From contig JBCBSU010000001.1 in the NCBI GenBank assembly GCA_039818985.1, positions 24,367 through 88,366 on the forward strand: a DNA stretch of 64,000 bases, given 5' to 3'. The translations under genes and the position numbers were made by a program. The notes beneath the pieces were generated by a model that ran no database searches, was not told where the DNA came from, and was given only the letters and a program-made list of their open reading frames with translations. The stretch comes from Pseudomonadota bacterium (GTDB lineage: Bacteria; Pseudomonadota; Alphaproteobacteria; Sphingomonadales; Sphingomonadaceae). This document shows, piece after piece, positions 42,837 through 53,769 of this stretch (positions within the stretch are counted from its first letter, which is position 1; every line of letters starts with the position of its first letter).

Positions 42837-45800
42837 GTGAAAAGACAAACTGTCATCCAACAGCTCAAGACCGGTGCTGCACCGGTCGTATTGGGGCTGT
42901 CGCTGATCGCTTCGCCTGCCTTTGCGCAGGACCAGGCGCCTGAAGATGTTCAGGAAGCCGATGATCAGGGTCCGGGCGCTGACGAGACACCCATCGTCGT
43001 TACCGGTACTCTTATCAAGAACCCGGCGATTGAAGCGACCAACCCGGTTGCGGTTATCTCGTCCGAGGAACTGGAACTGCGTCAGACCAACGTTGCGGAA
43101 GAATTTCTGCGTCAGTTGCCGGCATCTGTTCCGAGCATCGGCTCGGCGGTTAACAACGGCAACGGCGGTGCCGCCTTCGTCAACCTGCGTGGCGTCGGCT
43201 CGGTCCGTAACCTCGTCCTGTTGGACGGCAAGCGCTTCGTGCCTGCTGACTCCACCGGTCGTGTCGACCTGAACTCCATTCCGCTGGCGGTTCTGGAGCG
43301 TACCGACATCCTGACCGGCGGTGCTACCACCACTTACGGTGCCGACGCGGTTTCGGGTGTTATCAACTTCATCACCCGTCGTGATTTTGCCGGCATCGAT
43401 GCCAGCGTCGCTTCGCAGATCACCGAGCAGGGTGATGGCGCGGTCTTCCGTACCGACATCACCATCGGCGCGAACTTCGATGATGGCCGCGGTAACGCAG
43501 TCCTCAGCGTCGGCTATCAGAATGCCGATGAAGTGCTGCAGGGCGGTCGTGATTTCTCGCTGTTCAACGTCAGCTCCTTCTCGGGCAACCCAGGCGGTTC
43601 CTCGAACGCGGTTCCGGCGAACATCATCTTCGCCAGCCTGACCGACCCGGCCAGTATCTGTGATCCAGCGATCACCGATCCCACAATGTGTCCGCTGGTT
43701 GCGGGCAGTGCGAACCCGGCCAATAACGGTCGCCAGCAGGTTCCGAACGGCTTCGGCTTTACCAACGGCATCATTGCACAGATCAACCAGGCCGGTACCG
43801 ATATCGAGCTGGACGATCCGTTCAACAACGGCCTGTTCAACCCGAATCCGTTCAACTTCAACCCGTTCAACATTTTCCAGACTCCGTTTGAGCGCTTCAA
43901 CATCTTCGGTTCGGCGCGCTACGAGATCAACGAGAATGTCGAACTCTACACCCAGGGCACCTTCACCCGTCAGACCGTTTCGACGATCATTGCGCCGGGT
44001 GGTTCGTTCTTCAACACCTATCAGTTGAACCTGAACAACCCACTTATTCCTGACGCGATTGCCGAGCGCTTCGGTGCTGGCCTTGGCCTGTTCGGTGCCG
44101 ACTTTGATGCGGCCCGCAACACGCAATTCGGTCCGACCTTGGCCAATGGTGATCCCAACCCGGATTATGTCCAATTCGCTGCTCAGGTACGTCGTCGTTC
44201 TGTCGAGGCCGGTACGCGTAACTCCGACTTCACCACCACGCTGTTCAACATCGTGGCCGGTGTCCGCGGTAACATCACCGATTACATCCAATATGACGTG
44301 TCGGGTACCTATGGTGAGAGTGAACGTATCCAGCGTCAGAGCGGCTTTGCCCGTTTCGAGCGTCTGCAGCAGTCGCTGCTCGCCATTCCCGATGGCACAG
44401 GTGGTGCGGTCTGTACCGATACAACGGCAGGCTGTTTGCCGATCAACCTCTTCGGCACGCTGGGCAACCTCGGTTCGCCTGAGACAATCGGTTTTGTCTT
44501 CGACCTGACACAGCAGGTGATCAACACCTCGACCATTGCTACTGTTAACGGCACCATCACCGGTGACTTTGACGGTTTCGCAATCGCCGAGACCCCGATC
44601 GCCTTCGCTGCCGGTGTCGAATATCGTGAATTCACCGCCACGCGTCTTTCGGACGAAGCTTCGCAGACTCCGGGCGCGGTTGTCGGTGGCGGCGGTGCCG
44701 CTCCGGACATTAACGGTTCCTACGATGTGCTCGATGCTTTCGGTGAGATCGTCATTCCTATCCTCGAAGGTCAGTCCTTCGCTGAGGAACTGGTCCTTGA
44801 AGCGGGTGTTCGTTACTCCGACTATTCGACCGCAGGCACCGAATGGACCTGGAAAGCCGGCGCAAGCTGGACCCCGGTCAACGGTCTGACCTTCCGCGGT
44901 AACTTCCAGCGTGCGGCACGTGCGCCGAACATCGGTGAACTGTTCGTTCCGGTTGTGACCGGTCTGGCCAACCTGCAGAATGAGCCGTGTCAGGGCCCGA
45001 CGCCGCCAACCGGTGGTCTGCTCGAAGCCTGTCTGGCTCAGGTGCCGGCTGGCTCGCCGGGTGCAGCTGCTATCGCAGCCGGCCAGGTTCAGCCGCCTGC
45101 CGCTGGTCAGATCAACGTGACCACGGGCGGTAACCCGAATCTGGGCGTTGAAGAAGCTGAGACCTACACCTTCGGTGTGATCATTCAGCCGGAAGAAATT
45201 CCGGGTCTGACGGTTACGGTCGACTATTTCAACATCGCGGTTGACGGTGCAATCAGTACCCCGGCTGTGGGTGACGTCATCAGCGCCTGTTTCGACAACC
45301 CGTCGGCGGCTAACCCGAACTGCGGTATCGACCGTATTTCGCGTAACCCGACCACTGGTGGTATCGATGGTGCGCCTGACGAGACCCCGGGTCTGTTCCT
45401 CAATGCGAGTAACCTGGGCCGGATCCGGACCGACGGTATCGATCTGACCATCTTCTATGGCACCGATCTGACCGACAATATCGGCCTGAACGTCTCGTTC
45501 AACGGTACCTGGACCAACGAAAACCGGTTCCAGGCCACCCCGGCAAGTCTTGACCGTGATTGCGTTGGCTTCTTCAGCGTCAACTGTGGTTCGCCGCAGT
45601 CTGAATTCGCCTGGAACCAGCGTACCTCGCTGATCTTTGACGATGAGCTGACCGTATCGCTCCTGTGGCGCTTCCTGAGCGGCCTGGAGCAGGAACCGGA
45701 TGATATTGCCAACCAGGGCTCGGCCTTTATTGGTAATTCGCCGATCTTCGGTGACGTGGACTTCACCCAGATCCCCGATGAGAGCTATTTTGACCTCTCG

Positions 45801-45983
45801 CTGCAGTGGGATGCTACGGAAAATCTGCTGTTCACCTTCACGGTACAGAACCTGTTCGATAACCAGCCGGCAATCGTTGGTTCGAACATCGGTACCACGG
45901 CGTTCAACAGCGGTAATATCTTCCCGTCGAGCTATGACCCGCTGGGTCGTCGCTATGCGGCTACCGCACGTCTGCGGTTCTGA
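42837..45983 (+). CDS. TonB-dependent outer-membrane receptor (1048 aa)
   Basis: GTG start with an AAGGGGA RBS; signal peptide ...ASPAFAQD; TonB box ETPIVVTGT; plug and beta-barrel; terminal aromatic residue (...ARLRF). The 1148-aa ORF on the opposite strand is a shadow frame. Confidence 0.9.
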   Translation: MKRQTVIQQLKTGAAPVVLGLSLIASPAFAQDQAPEDVQEADDQGPGADETPIVVTGTLIKNPAIEATNPVAVISSEELELRQTNVAEEFLRQLPASVPSIGSAVNNGNGGAAFVNLRGVGSVRNLVLLDGKRFVPADSTGRVDLNSIPLAVLERTDILTGGATTTYGADAVSGVINFITRRDFAGIDASVASQITEQGDGAVFRTDITIGANFDDGRGNAVLSVGYQNADEVLQGGRDFSLFNVSSFSGNPGGSSNAVPANIIFASLTDPASICDPAITDPTMCPLVAGSANPANNGRQQVPNGFGFTNGIIAQINQAGTDIELDDPFNNGLFNPNPFNFNPFNIFQTPFERFNIFGSARYEINENVELYTQGTFTRQTVSTIIAPGGSFFNTYQLNLNNPLIPDAIAERFGAGLGLFGADFDAARNTQFGPTLANGDPNPDYVQFAAQVRRRSVEAGTRNSDFTTTLFNIVAGVRGNITDYIQYDVSGTYGESERIQRQSGFARFERLQQSLLAIPDGTGGAVCTDTTAGCLPINLFGTLGNLGSPETIGFVFDLTQQVINTSTIATVNGTITGDFDGFAIAETPIAFAAGVEYREFTATRLSDEASQTPGAVVGGGGAAPDINGSYDVLDAFGEIVIPILEGQSFAEELVLEAGVRYSDYSTAGTEWTWKAGASWTPVNGLTFRGNFQRAARAPNIGELFVPVVTGLANLQNEPCQGPTPPTGGLLEACLAQVPAGSPGAAAIAAGQVQPPAAGQINVTTGGNPNLGVEEAETYTFGVIIQPEEIPGLTVTVDYFNIAVDGAISTPAVGDVISACFDNPSAANPNCGIDRISRNPTTGGIDGAPDETPGLFLNASNLGRIRTDGIDLTIFYGTDLTDNIGLNVSFNGTWTNENRFQATPASLDRDCVGFFSVNCGSPQSEFAWNQRTSLIFDDELTVSLLWRFLSGLEQEPDDIANQGSAFIGNSPIFGDVDFTQIPDESYFDLSLQWDATENLLFTFTVQNLFDNQPAIVGSNIGTTAFNSGNIFPSSYDPLGRRYAATARLRF

Positions 45984-46009
45984 TAGTAACCACAGATCAC
46001 AGACTTTGG

Positions 46010-46043
46010 AAAAGGCGGGCTTCGGCCCGCCTTTTCTTTTTTT
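46010..46043 (+). terminator. Rho-independent terminator
   Basis: aaaaggcgggc-ttcg-gcccgcctttt followed by a T-run. Confidence 0.85.
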
Positions 46044-46101
46044 GCCGTGCAGCAAAAATATGCTATGAACATTGCTGTTCGATATTGAGGAGTTCCCCGT
46101 T

Positions 46102-46431
46102 ATGAAGCTTTCGATAGTTGCTCTGGCCACCGTTTCCGGCTTGCTGATCGCCACCCCCGCTGCCGCGCAGCAGGATGAGGATAAGGAAAAGCCCGAACAG
46201 GAAGTCGAAGAGAACACCGAAACGGTGAAGGCCAAGCGCGACAAGATTACCGATCGCAGCCATCCCGATTATGTGCGCTGCAAGAGCGAACGGGTCATGG
46301 GCTCGCTGGCCAAGCGCAAGCGCACCTGCATGACCAACCGGCAATGGGAGCAGGCGGCACGCGACGGCAATGATCTTTCGCGTGAATTTCTGCAACAGAA
46401 CCAGGACGGTTTTCTCGCAGGCAGCAACTAA
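46102..46431 (+). CDS. Small secreted protein, paralog A (two conserved Cys)
   Basis: GAGGAG RBS; signal peptide MKLSIVALATVSGLLIATPAAAQQ. The core EKPEQEVEENTETVKAKRDKITDRSHPDYVRCKSERVMGSLAKRKRTCMTNRQWEQ is shared with paralog B. Confidence 0.7.
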   Translation: MKLSIVALATVSGLLIATPAAAQQDEDKEKPEQEVEENTETVKAKRDKITDRSHPDYVRCKSERVMGSLAKRKRTCMTNRQWEQAARDGNDLSREFLQQNQDGFLAGSN

Positions 46432-46582
46432 GCGCGGATTCGCTTCAGGGCTCCACAGCGCGGTGTTTTGGATAGCCGCGTGTCGGCATGTTACGCCGTG
46501 ATTTCGCGGAACAGAGAAGAGGAGACAGATTTGTCTCCTCTCTTCCGCTTGCGGAACACAGAAGCTAATATTGTCCATTAAA

Positions 46583-46591
46583 GGGGGGGGG
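46583..46591. repeat. G9 homopolymer 5 nt upstream of the paralog B start codon
   Basis: aaGGGGGGGGGccaggATG. The poly-G run doubles as a Shine-Dalgarno-like sequence and is a candidate slipped-strand site. Confidence 0.5.
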
Positions 46592-46596
46592 CCAGG

Positions 46597-46920
46597 ATGA
46601 AACGCTCAGCCATCGCTATAGCCGCTATCCCATCGCTGCTGGTTGCCGTGCCCGGCGCTGCGCAGCAGGATGAGGAAAAGCCCGAGCAGGAAGTTGAAGA
46701 AAACACCGAGACGGTTCGGGCCAAGCGGGAGAAAATTACCGATCGCAGCCATCCCGATTATGTGCGCTGCAAGAGTGAGCGGGTCATGGGCTCGCTGGCC
46801 AAGCGCAAGCGCACCTGTATGACCAATCGCCAATGGGAACAAACGGCGCGCGATGGCAACGACCTCTCGCGCGAGTGGATTCAGCAGCAGCAGGACGGCT
46901 TCATGCTGCAACGGCAATAA
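46597..46920 (+). CDS. Small secreted protein, paralog B
   Basis: Signal peptide MKRSAIAIAAIPSLLVAVPGAAQQ. About 90% identical to paralog A over the 55-aa core, with near-identical DNA (46186-46380 vs 46675-46868). Confidence 0.7.
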   Translation: MKRSAIAIAAIPSLLVAVPGAAQQDEEKPEQEVEENTETVRAKREKITDRSHPDYVRCKSERVMGSLAKRKRTCMTNRQWEQTARDGNDLSREWIQQQQDGFMLQRQ

Positions 46921-48630
46921 TCACCTCTTCTCTGCCGATATATTCATGAAGGTGGCATCAAAAGCCAGAGTCAGCCGCTCTCCAGCGGTAAAGGACCGGG
47001 TGCCGTGATATAGGCTGCTCGGAAACAGCACCAGATGGCCTGTGCGCGGAGCGATGGTCCGCAATGGCGGCAAGTCGAGCCGCAAATCGTCTGGCGGCCG
47101 GCCCAGCTCAAGCGCGCCGGCAGTGTCATCGGGCGTTTCGCTGTCCGGCAGAACCCAATAACTGGCCGATGAGATATGGCCCTCGGGGTGGATATGGGCC
47201 TTGTGGTGCCCACCATCGCCCAGCCGTACCGACCAGCTGCCGCGAAAACGCCATTTCTGTTCGCGCAGGCGCAGCAGCGGATGGTGCGCATCGGTCTCTG
47301 GCCATTGCGCGATATAGCGCGCAATGGCTTGCCCGATATGGTGGCGCAGCATGCGTGCGATATCATCATCGAAGCTGAGTATTGCACCGCCGGTCTGGGT
47401 CCCGTGGCGCAATGACTGGCCCGTTGGTGCGGCGCGCGCATGATGCTGTTGTCGCAGCCAATTGACCGCTTCGGCGACCGCTTCCGCTGAAAGCCCGAGA
47501 TCCAGATTGGCGGTGACCCGGTCGGGATCGTGCAGCCAGCGATGCCGTTCAAGCTTGCCGATGCTGCGCCATATGCAATCGATCAACGCCCAGGCCGAGA
47601 TATTGCCGGGATCACGCTCGAGCTGTTGCTGCAACAGCGCTTCGCCATCGCCGAAACGATGACGGCGGATAAGGTGCCGCGCCAGTATCAATGGCGGTAC
47701 CTTGTGCCCTGTATCCTGCAACGCTACCAAAATCTGCTCGGCATGATCGAGCTCTCCCGCCATGCCCGCAGCCTGGGCTTCGGCCAGCCGTACCTCCCAC
47801 GGATCGTCATTGCACCGCTGCCCGGCCAGCAGGGTGAGCGCGTCATGCGGATTGTCCCGCTGCATCATCAGGTCACCCAGCGCCATGCGCAGATCGGTAT
47901 CATTGCTAGCGTGTTCGCGGGCCTCGGCCAATGCCGTCTGGCCTGCTTCCACCTGCCCAGATTCCTCCAGCAGTGCCAGTTTATCGGTCGTCAGTGATGC
48001 GTCGGGATGACCCCGTTCGAGAGCACCATGAAGCAGCGCCAGCGCCGCATCATAATCACCCTGACTGGCATGGCTGCGGGCATGGTCGCGCAGCAGTGCA
48101 ACGTCATTGGCGGCATGTTTGCGCGCCCGCTGGAAAAGTTGCGGTGCTTGCGCTCTGCCACGACGCATGGCTAAGCGCGCCTGCATTGCCAATGCTTCGT
48201 GATGATCCGGTGCCTGGTCGCATAGCTGTGCCAGCGCACTCTCTGCCTGTTCCTCCTCGCAAATGGCGAGCGCCCATTTTGCCTGCAGCAACAGATGCGC
48301 AGCATCTTCTCCGGCAATCGCCCGGTCTCGCGCCAGCAGCTGGCCTGCTGCGGCAATATTCTGCTGCTCCAGGCACAGTGCGAACAGCGCGGAAAGCGTA
48401 TCGCGATTCTCCGGAGCGAGTCGCAATGCCGTCTGCAAAAGCGAGACCGCCATGGCGCGCTGGCCACCTGCCTCCGCCGTTTGTGCGGCCAGCTGCAACA
48501 GCCGCACATTGCGCGGTTCCCGTTCCAGTGCCCGCTGCAACAGCGTACGGGCATGGGCTACATCCCCGTCCTGCAAAGCGGTCTCGGCCTGTGCGGCCAG
48601 ATCGCCAATGGTGGCGGGAGCTTCAACCAC
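46921..48630 (-). CDS. TPR-repeat protein with C-terminal putative 2OG-Fe(II) oxygenase domain (PF13759-like)
   Basis: N-terminal ~400 aa of TPR-like helical repeats (ALLQTALRLAPEN...). The C-terminus ...KAHIHPEGHISSASYWV...LVLFPSSLYHGT fits the His-x-Asp/Glu...His cupin oxygenase pattern. Confidence 0.65.
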   Translation of the reverse strand: MVEAPATIGDLAAQAETALQDGDVAHARTLLQRALEREPRNVRLLQLAAQTAEAGGQRAMAVSLLQTALRLAPENRDTLSALFALCLEQQNIAAAGQLLARDRAIAGEDAAHLLLQAKWALAICEEEQAESALAQLCDQAPDHHEALAMQARLAMRRGRAQAPQLFQRARKHAANDVALLRDHARSHASQGDYDAALALLHGALERGHPDASLTTDKLALLEESGQVEAGQTALAEAREHASNDTDLRMALGDLMMQRDNPHDALTLLAGQRCNDDPWEVRLAEAQAAGMAGELDHAEQILVALQDTGHKVPPLILARHLIRRHRFGDGEALLQQQLERDPGNISAWALIDCIWRSIGKLERHRWLHDPDRVTANLDLGLSAEAVAEAVNWLRQQHHARAAPTGQSLRHGTQTGGAILSFDDDIARMLRHHIGQAIARYIAQWPETDAHHPLLRLREQKWRFRGSWSVRLGDGGHHKAHIHPEGHISSASYWVLPDSETPDDTAGALELGRPPDDLRLDLPPLRTIAPRTGHLVLFPSSLYHGTRSFTAGERLTLAFDATFMNISAEKR

Positions 48631-48675
48631 GCTGCCACCCTGCTATGCAGGCGCCGGCATGCCGCATGACAGCGA

Positions 48676-51264
48676 TCACGCTGCCTCGGTCACCGCCATG
48701 GAGAGCGCGCCATCGCCATCGGCAATGGTCACTGTCTGACCATCAGCCAGATCGCCGCGCAGGATCATGTCGGCCAGCGGGTCCTGCACATAGCGCTGCA
48801 CCGCGCGTTTCAGAGGTCGGGCGCCATAGACCGGATCATAACCAACACGTGCCAGCCATTTGCGCGCGCTTTCTTCCAGCTTGATGACGATTTTGCGGTC
48901 TTTCAGCAGCTTCTGCACTCGTGCGACCTGCAGGTCGACAATCGGCGCCATATGCTCCTCGCTCAGCCGGTGGAACAGGATAATCTCGTCGAGACGGTTG
49001 AGGAATTCGGGGCGGAAATGGCCACGCACGACTTCCATTACCTGTGGTTCGACATCATCGACTGTCTGGTCATCGGTCATTGCGGCAAGATGCTGCGCGC
49101 CGAGATTCGAGGTCAGGATGATCAGCGTGTTGGAGAAATCGACCTTGCGGCCCTGCCCATCGGTCAAATGACCATCATCGAGCACCTGGAGCAGGACATT
49201 GAAGACATCATTATGTGCCTTTTCCACCTCGTCGAACAGCACCACCTGATAGGGGCGGCGGCGTACGGCTTCGGTGAGCACCCCGCCTTCATCATAGCCG
49301 ACATAGCCCGGAGGCGCGCCGATCAACCGGCTGACCGAATGCTTTTCCATGAATTCGGACATGTCGATGCGCACCATGGCCTGGTCATCATCGAACAGGA
49401 ACCCGGCGAGTGCTTTGGTCAGCTCGGTCTTACCGACGCCGGTGGGGCCGAGGAACAGGAATGAGCCAAGCGGGCGATTGGGGTCCTGCAGTCCGGCGCG
49501 CGAGCGGCGCACCGCCTTGGCAACGGCGCTGACCGCATCGCTCTGGCCGATCACCCGCTTGCCGAGATGCTCCTCCATTTTGAGCAGCTTGTCGCGCTCG
49601 CCTTCCATCATCTTGTCGACCGGGATGCCGGTCCAGCGTGACACCACCGAGGCGATATCCTCATTGGTGACTTCCTCGCGCAGCAATGCGCCCTCTGTGG
49701 CTTCGGCGGCTTCGTCAAGCTTGCGCTCAAGCTCGGGAATGGTGCCGTAGCTCAGCTCCCCCGCCTTGGCGAGATCGCCGGCGCGTTGCGCCTGCTCCAG
49801 CTCGATCCGGGCAGCATCAAGCTGTTCCTTCAATATCGCTTCAGCCTGAATCTTGTCGCGCTCATTCTGCCAGCGGGTGGTAAGCTCGCTCGACTGCTGC
49901 TCGATCTCGGCGAGTTCCTTCTCCAGATTGGCGAGCCGGTCGCGCGAGGCGCCATCACTCTCCTTGGACAAGGCTTCGCGTTCGATCTTGAGCTGGATGA
50001 TGCGGCGGTCAAGTACCTCGATTTCCTCGGGCTTGGACTCAACCTCCATGCGAATGCGGCTCGCGGCTTCGTCCATCAGGTCGATGGCTTTGTCTGGCAG
50101 AAAGCGATCAGAAATATAGCGGTGCGACAGGGTCGCAGCGGCGACAATCGCGCCATCGGTGATCCGTACCCCATGGTGCAGTTCATATTTCTCTTTCAGG
50201 CCGCGCAGGATCGAGATGGTATCGGGCACATCGGGCTCATCGACGAACACCGGCTGGAACCGGCGTTGCAGCGCCGCATCCTTCTCGACATGCTTCTGAT
50301 ATTCATCAAGCGTCGTCGCGCCGATGCAATGCAGCTCACCGCGCGCCAAAGCCGGTTTGAGCAGGTTCGACGCATCCATCGCACCTTCAGAAGCGCCCGC
50401 GCCGATCAGCGTGTGCATCTCGTCAATGAAGAGGATCATCTCGCCCTCTGCCCCGCGCACCTCGTCAAGCACCGATTTGAGCCGTTCCTCAAACTCGCCA
50501 CGATATTTGGCGCCCGCGATCAGCGAACCCATATCGAGTGACATCAGGCTGCGGTCCTTCAGGCTTTCGGGCACATCGCCATTGGCAATGCGCAGCGCCA
50601 GGCCTTCGGCGATGGCGGTCTTGCCGACGCCCGGCTCGCCAATCAGCACCGGATTATTCTTGGTGCGGCGGGCGAGAATCTGCACTGTGCGGCGGATTTC
50701 CTCATCGCGGCCGATGACCGGGTCCAGCTTGCCCTCGCGTGCCGCCTCGGTCAGGTCGCGGGCATATTTCTGCATCGCCTCATAGCTGTCTTCCGCGCCC
50801 GCTGTCTGCGCCGTGCGACCGCCCCGCAGATCGTTGATCGCTTTGTTGAGATTATCCGGCGTAACCCCGGCCTTGTGCAGCACCGTGGCAACATTCTGGC
50901 CTTTGACCAAAGCCGCGGCGAGCAGCAGCCGCTCGACGGTGACAAAGCTGTCGCCTGCTTTTTCCGAAATCTGCTCGGCCTGATCGAGCAGGCGCACGGC
51001 ATCATTGTCCAGCCCCGGCGTCTGTTGCGCCCCGCCGCCGGATACCTGCGGCACCTTTGCGAGCAGCGCGTCAATCTCTTCTTGCGCAACCCCGGCATTG
51101 CCGCCGGCGCGCGCGATCAGGCCTGCGGCCATGCCTTCTGAATCCTCGAGCAAAGCCTTGAGGATATGCGCCGAGGAAATGCGCTGATGGTTCATGCGGA
51201 TGGCGACCGTCTGGGCCGATTGCAGAAAGCCTTTGGCGCGGTCGGTAAATTTGTCGATATTCAT
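48676..51264 (-). CDS. clpB: ATP-dependent chaperone ClpB
   Basis: Two AAA+ modules ([16 protein letters not shown]), a middle coiled-coil domain, and a Clp N-domain. Confidence 0.97.
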   Translation of the reverse strand: MNIDKFTDRAKGFLQSAQTVAIRMNHQRISSAHILKALLEDSEGMAAGLIARAGGNAGVAQEEIDALLAKVPQVSGGGAQQTPGLDNDAVRLLDQAEQISEKAGDSFVTVERLLLAAALVKGQNVATVLHKAGVTPDNLNKAINDLRGGRTAQTAGAEDSYEAMQKYARDLTEAAREGKLDPVIGRDEEIRRTVQILARRTKNNPVLIGEPGVGKTAIAEGLALRIANGDVPESLKDRSLMSLDMGSLIAGAKYRGEFEERLKSVLDEVRGAEGEMILFIDEMHTLIGAGASEGAMDASNLLKPALARGELHCIGATTLDEYQKHVEKDAALQRRFQPVFVDEPDVPDTISILRGLKEKYELHHGVRITDGAIVAAATLSHRYISDRFLPDKAIDLMDEAASRIRMEVESKPEEIEVLDRRIIQLKIEREALSKESDGASRDRLANLEKELAEIEQQSSELTTRWQNERDKIQAEAILKEQLDAARIELEQAQRAGDLAKAGELSYGTIPELERKLDEAAEATEGALLREEVTNEDIASVVSRWTGIPVDKMMEGERDKLLKMEEHLGKRVIGQSDAVSAVAKAVRRSRAGLQDPNRPLGSFLFLGPTGVGKTELTKALAGFLFDDDQAMVRIDMSEFMEKHSVSRLIGAPPGYVGYDEGGVLTEAVRRRPYQVVLFDEVEKAHNDVFNVLLQVLDDGHLTDGQGRKVDFSNTLIILTSNLGAQHLAAMTDDQTVDDVEPQVMEVVRGHFRPEFLNRLDEIILFHRLSEEHMAPIVDLQVARVQKLLKDRKIVIKLEESARKWLARVGYDPVYGARPLKRAVQRYVQDPLADMILRGDLADGQTVTIADGDGALSMAVTEAA

Positions 51265-51401
51265 CTAGGGCGGACTCCTTCTCTGCCTTCCAGATAGTGT
51301 TGTAATTATGCAACACAAGATGCTGGCGACATTTTCCTTCTCATTTTGTCAGCACGTCCATCGCGGCGATTGTATTTTGCCTATGGACCGCTTTCCTGCC
51401 C

Positions 51402-53606
51402 ATGGATAATGTGCCCGCTATGACCCTGATCTTCAAGCGCCTTGCCGCCACTCTTTTCGTTCTTTTTCTGCTCGCTGCCATTGCCCTCGCCTTCTGGGAG
51501 CCGTGGTTTGCCCAAACCGCCGAAGCGCCGGCTGAGCGAAGCTATGATGTCGAGATATTTCGCGACGATTACGGCGTGCCGCATATTTATGGCAAAACCG
51601 ATGCCGATACCGCTTATGGCATCGCCTGGGCGCATGCCGAGGATGATTTTGCGACGCTGCAGGAGGTGGCGGCAATGACGCGAATGCGGCTCGGCGCGAT
51701 GACCGGTCAGGATGGTGCGCAGGTCGATTATGTTGCGCATCTGCTCGATGTGCGCGGTACCGTCGATCGCAAATATGACGCGCTGCCCGAGGATGTGCGC
51801 ATATTGCTCGATGCTTATGCCGCGGGCATGAACCGCTATGCCGAGACCCATGCCGATGAGGTACGCATCTCCGGGCTGTTCCCGATCAATGGTCGCGATA
51901 TCGCTGCCGGTTTCGCACTGCGCTCGCCATTTTTCTTCGGGCTCAACCGCGTCGTTGCACCGCTGGTTGCCGGCGACGAGCTCAGGCCCGATGGCGGTCC
52001 GTCCCTGGAAGACGCGCCAGCCGAGAGTGAAGGCCCCGGTGCCAGCGAAACCGCGATGATGACGCCAATTGGCCGCTATCCCGAACATAATGGCTCCAAT
52101 GCCTTCGCCATCGCGCCCGGTCGTTCATCCGACAATGTCACCCGTCTGGTGTCCAACTCGCATCAGCCCTGGGAAGGGCCGGTAGCCTGGTATGAGCTGG
52201 TGGTGCACAGCGAGGAGGGGTGGGATTTTGCCGGGGCGACCTTCCCGGGATCCCCCTATCCGTTTCTTGGCCATAACAGGAATCTCGGCTGGACCAATAC
52301 CGTCAACCGCCCTGATCTGATCGATGTCTACCGGCTCGAAGTCGATGAAGCGGGGGAGAAGTACAAGCTGGATGGCGAGTGGAAGCCACTCGAAAGCAGG
52401 CGCGTCTGGTTGCGGGTCAAATATGGTCCGTTCACCATTCCCTATCCGCAGACCGTCTATCGTTCGGCCCATGGCCCTGTGATCAGGAACGACAACGGCT
52501 ATTTCGCCTTTCGTTATGTCAGCATCGATGATCTGACCCAGCTGACCCAATATTACCGGCTGCAAAAGGCGCGTAATTTTGATGAATGGCAGTCGGCCAT
52601 GTCGGAACAGGGCGTGCCTGCAACCAACTTTATCTATGCTGATAAGGACGGGAATATCGCGTTTGTCTATAATGCCCGTTTCCCCAATCGTGTGGCGGGC
52701 GTTGACTGGCGAGGCATTGTTCCTGGCGATCGCTCTGATCTGATCTGGAGCGATCCTGTCAAGTGGAGCGTCGTGCCCAAGCTGATCAATCCGGAATCGG
52801 GCTATGTCATGAACGCCAATAACACTCCTTATATGGCGGCGGGCCCGGGTGACGAATTGCAGCGCAACGACTTTTCCCCGCTGCTCGGCATAGAGGAAAA
52901 CTGGACCAATCGCGCCGCGCGCGCCATCGCGCTGTTCGAGGCGACCGGGCCGATTGGTCGGGTCGAGCTGGAACAGATCAAATATGATACCGGCTATGAG
53001 CAGAGCGAATATCCGCGGCTGTGGATGGACAAGTTGCTGGCGGTCAACACCGATGGCGACTGGACGCTGACCGAGGCGCAGCGGCTATTGCGGCAATGGG
53101 ACTGGAATATGGACGGCAAGGGCGAGGGCGATGCACTGGCGGCCTGGCTGATGAATGTCGCACTGTTCAACGCGCCGGAGGGACGGCGGCTGCTCGATGA
53201 TCTCGATCCGCGTGAAGAACTGATCAAGGCGACCAAGCATCTGGAGAAACATTTCGGTTCGATTGATCCGCCGTTGGGCGATGTCATGCGACTGCGCCAG
53301 GGCAAGACCGACCTGCCCTATATTGGCGGCAGCGATGCGCTGCGCGCCGCAACCCGCTGGGAGGTGGATGACGATGGCCGTCTCGACATCGTCCATGGCG
53401 ACAGTTTCATCATGTTTGTCGAATGGGATGCCGAGGGCAATGTCAGCTCGCAATCGGTTCAGCCCTATGGCGCGGCAACGACACGGCCGGAAAGTCCGCA
53501 CTATACCGATCAGGCCGAGCTGTTCGTGGCGCGCAAGCTGAAACCGGTGCTGTTTACCCGTGAGGCCCTGATGGCGAGCGGCGCCAAGCCTTATCGCCCC
53601 GATTAA
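51402..53606 (+). CDS. Penicillin acylase (S45, Ntn-hydrolase) family protein, possible acyl-homoserine-lactone acylase
   Basis: N-terminal TM/signal; GSNAFAI around the predicted beta-subunit N-terminal serine nucleophile; overall S45 length and architecture. Confidence 0.75.
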   Translation: MDNVPAMTLIFKRLAATLFVLFLLAAIALAFWEPWFAQTAEAPAERSYDVEIFRDDYGVPHIYGKTDADTAYGIAWAHAEDDFATLQEVAAMTRMRLGAMTGQDGAQVDYVAHLLDVRGTVDRKYDALPEDVRILLDAYAAGMNRYAETHADEVRISGLFPINGRDIAAGFALRSPFFFGLNRVVAPLVAGDELRPDGGPSLEDAPAESEGPGASETAMMTPIGRYPEHNGSNAFAIAPGRSSDNVTRLVSNSHQPWEGPVAWYELVVHSEEGWDFAGATFPGSPYPFLGHNRNLGWTNTVNRPDLIDVYRLEVDEAGEKYKLDGEWKPLESRRVWLRVKYGPFTIPYPQTVYRSAHGPVIRNDNGYFAFRYVSIDDLTQLTQYYRLQKARNFDEWQSAMSEQGVPATNFIYADKDGNIAFVYNARFPNRVAGVDWRGIVPGDRSDLIWSDPVKWSVVPKLINPESGYVMNANNTPYMAAGPGDELQRNDFSPLLGIEENWTNRAARAIALFEATGPIGRVELEQIKYDTGYEQSEYPRLWMDKLLAVNTDGDWTLTEAQRLLRQWDWNMDGKGEGDALAAWLMNVALFNAPEGRRLLDDLDPREELIKATKHLEKHFGSIDPPLGDVMRLRQGKTDLPYIGGSDALRAATRWEVDDDGRLDIVHGDSFIMFVEWDAEGNVSSQSVQPYGAATTRPESPHYTDQAELFVARKLKPVLFTREALMASGAKPYRPD

Positions 53607-53769
53607 TCTTGAACCGCCACAGCAAGGCTGTAAGAACCATAGACAAGAATATCCCGGGCAGTATTCCGGGATCAACCGGAGCATAATTGTTGAGGAAGCG
53701 GCCCAGTCTCACAACCCTGGCACCGCTGCCGCGACCGAATAATCACAGGACTGTATAAAGGAGACGAAT

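Noticed and set aside
42798-46244. 1148-aa ORF on the minus strand spanning the whole TonB-dependent receptor gene
   Set aside because: Antisense shadow frame typical of high-GC DNA. The translation is Arg/Gly/Thr-rich with no domain signatures, whereas the plus-strand frame has a signal peptide, a TonB box and a terminal Phe.
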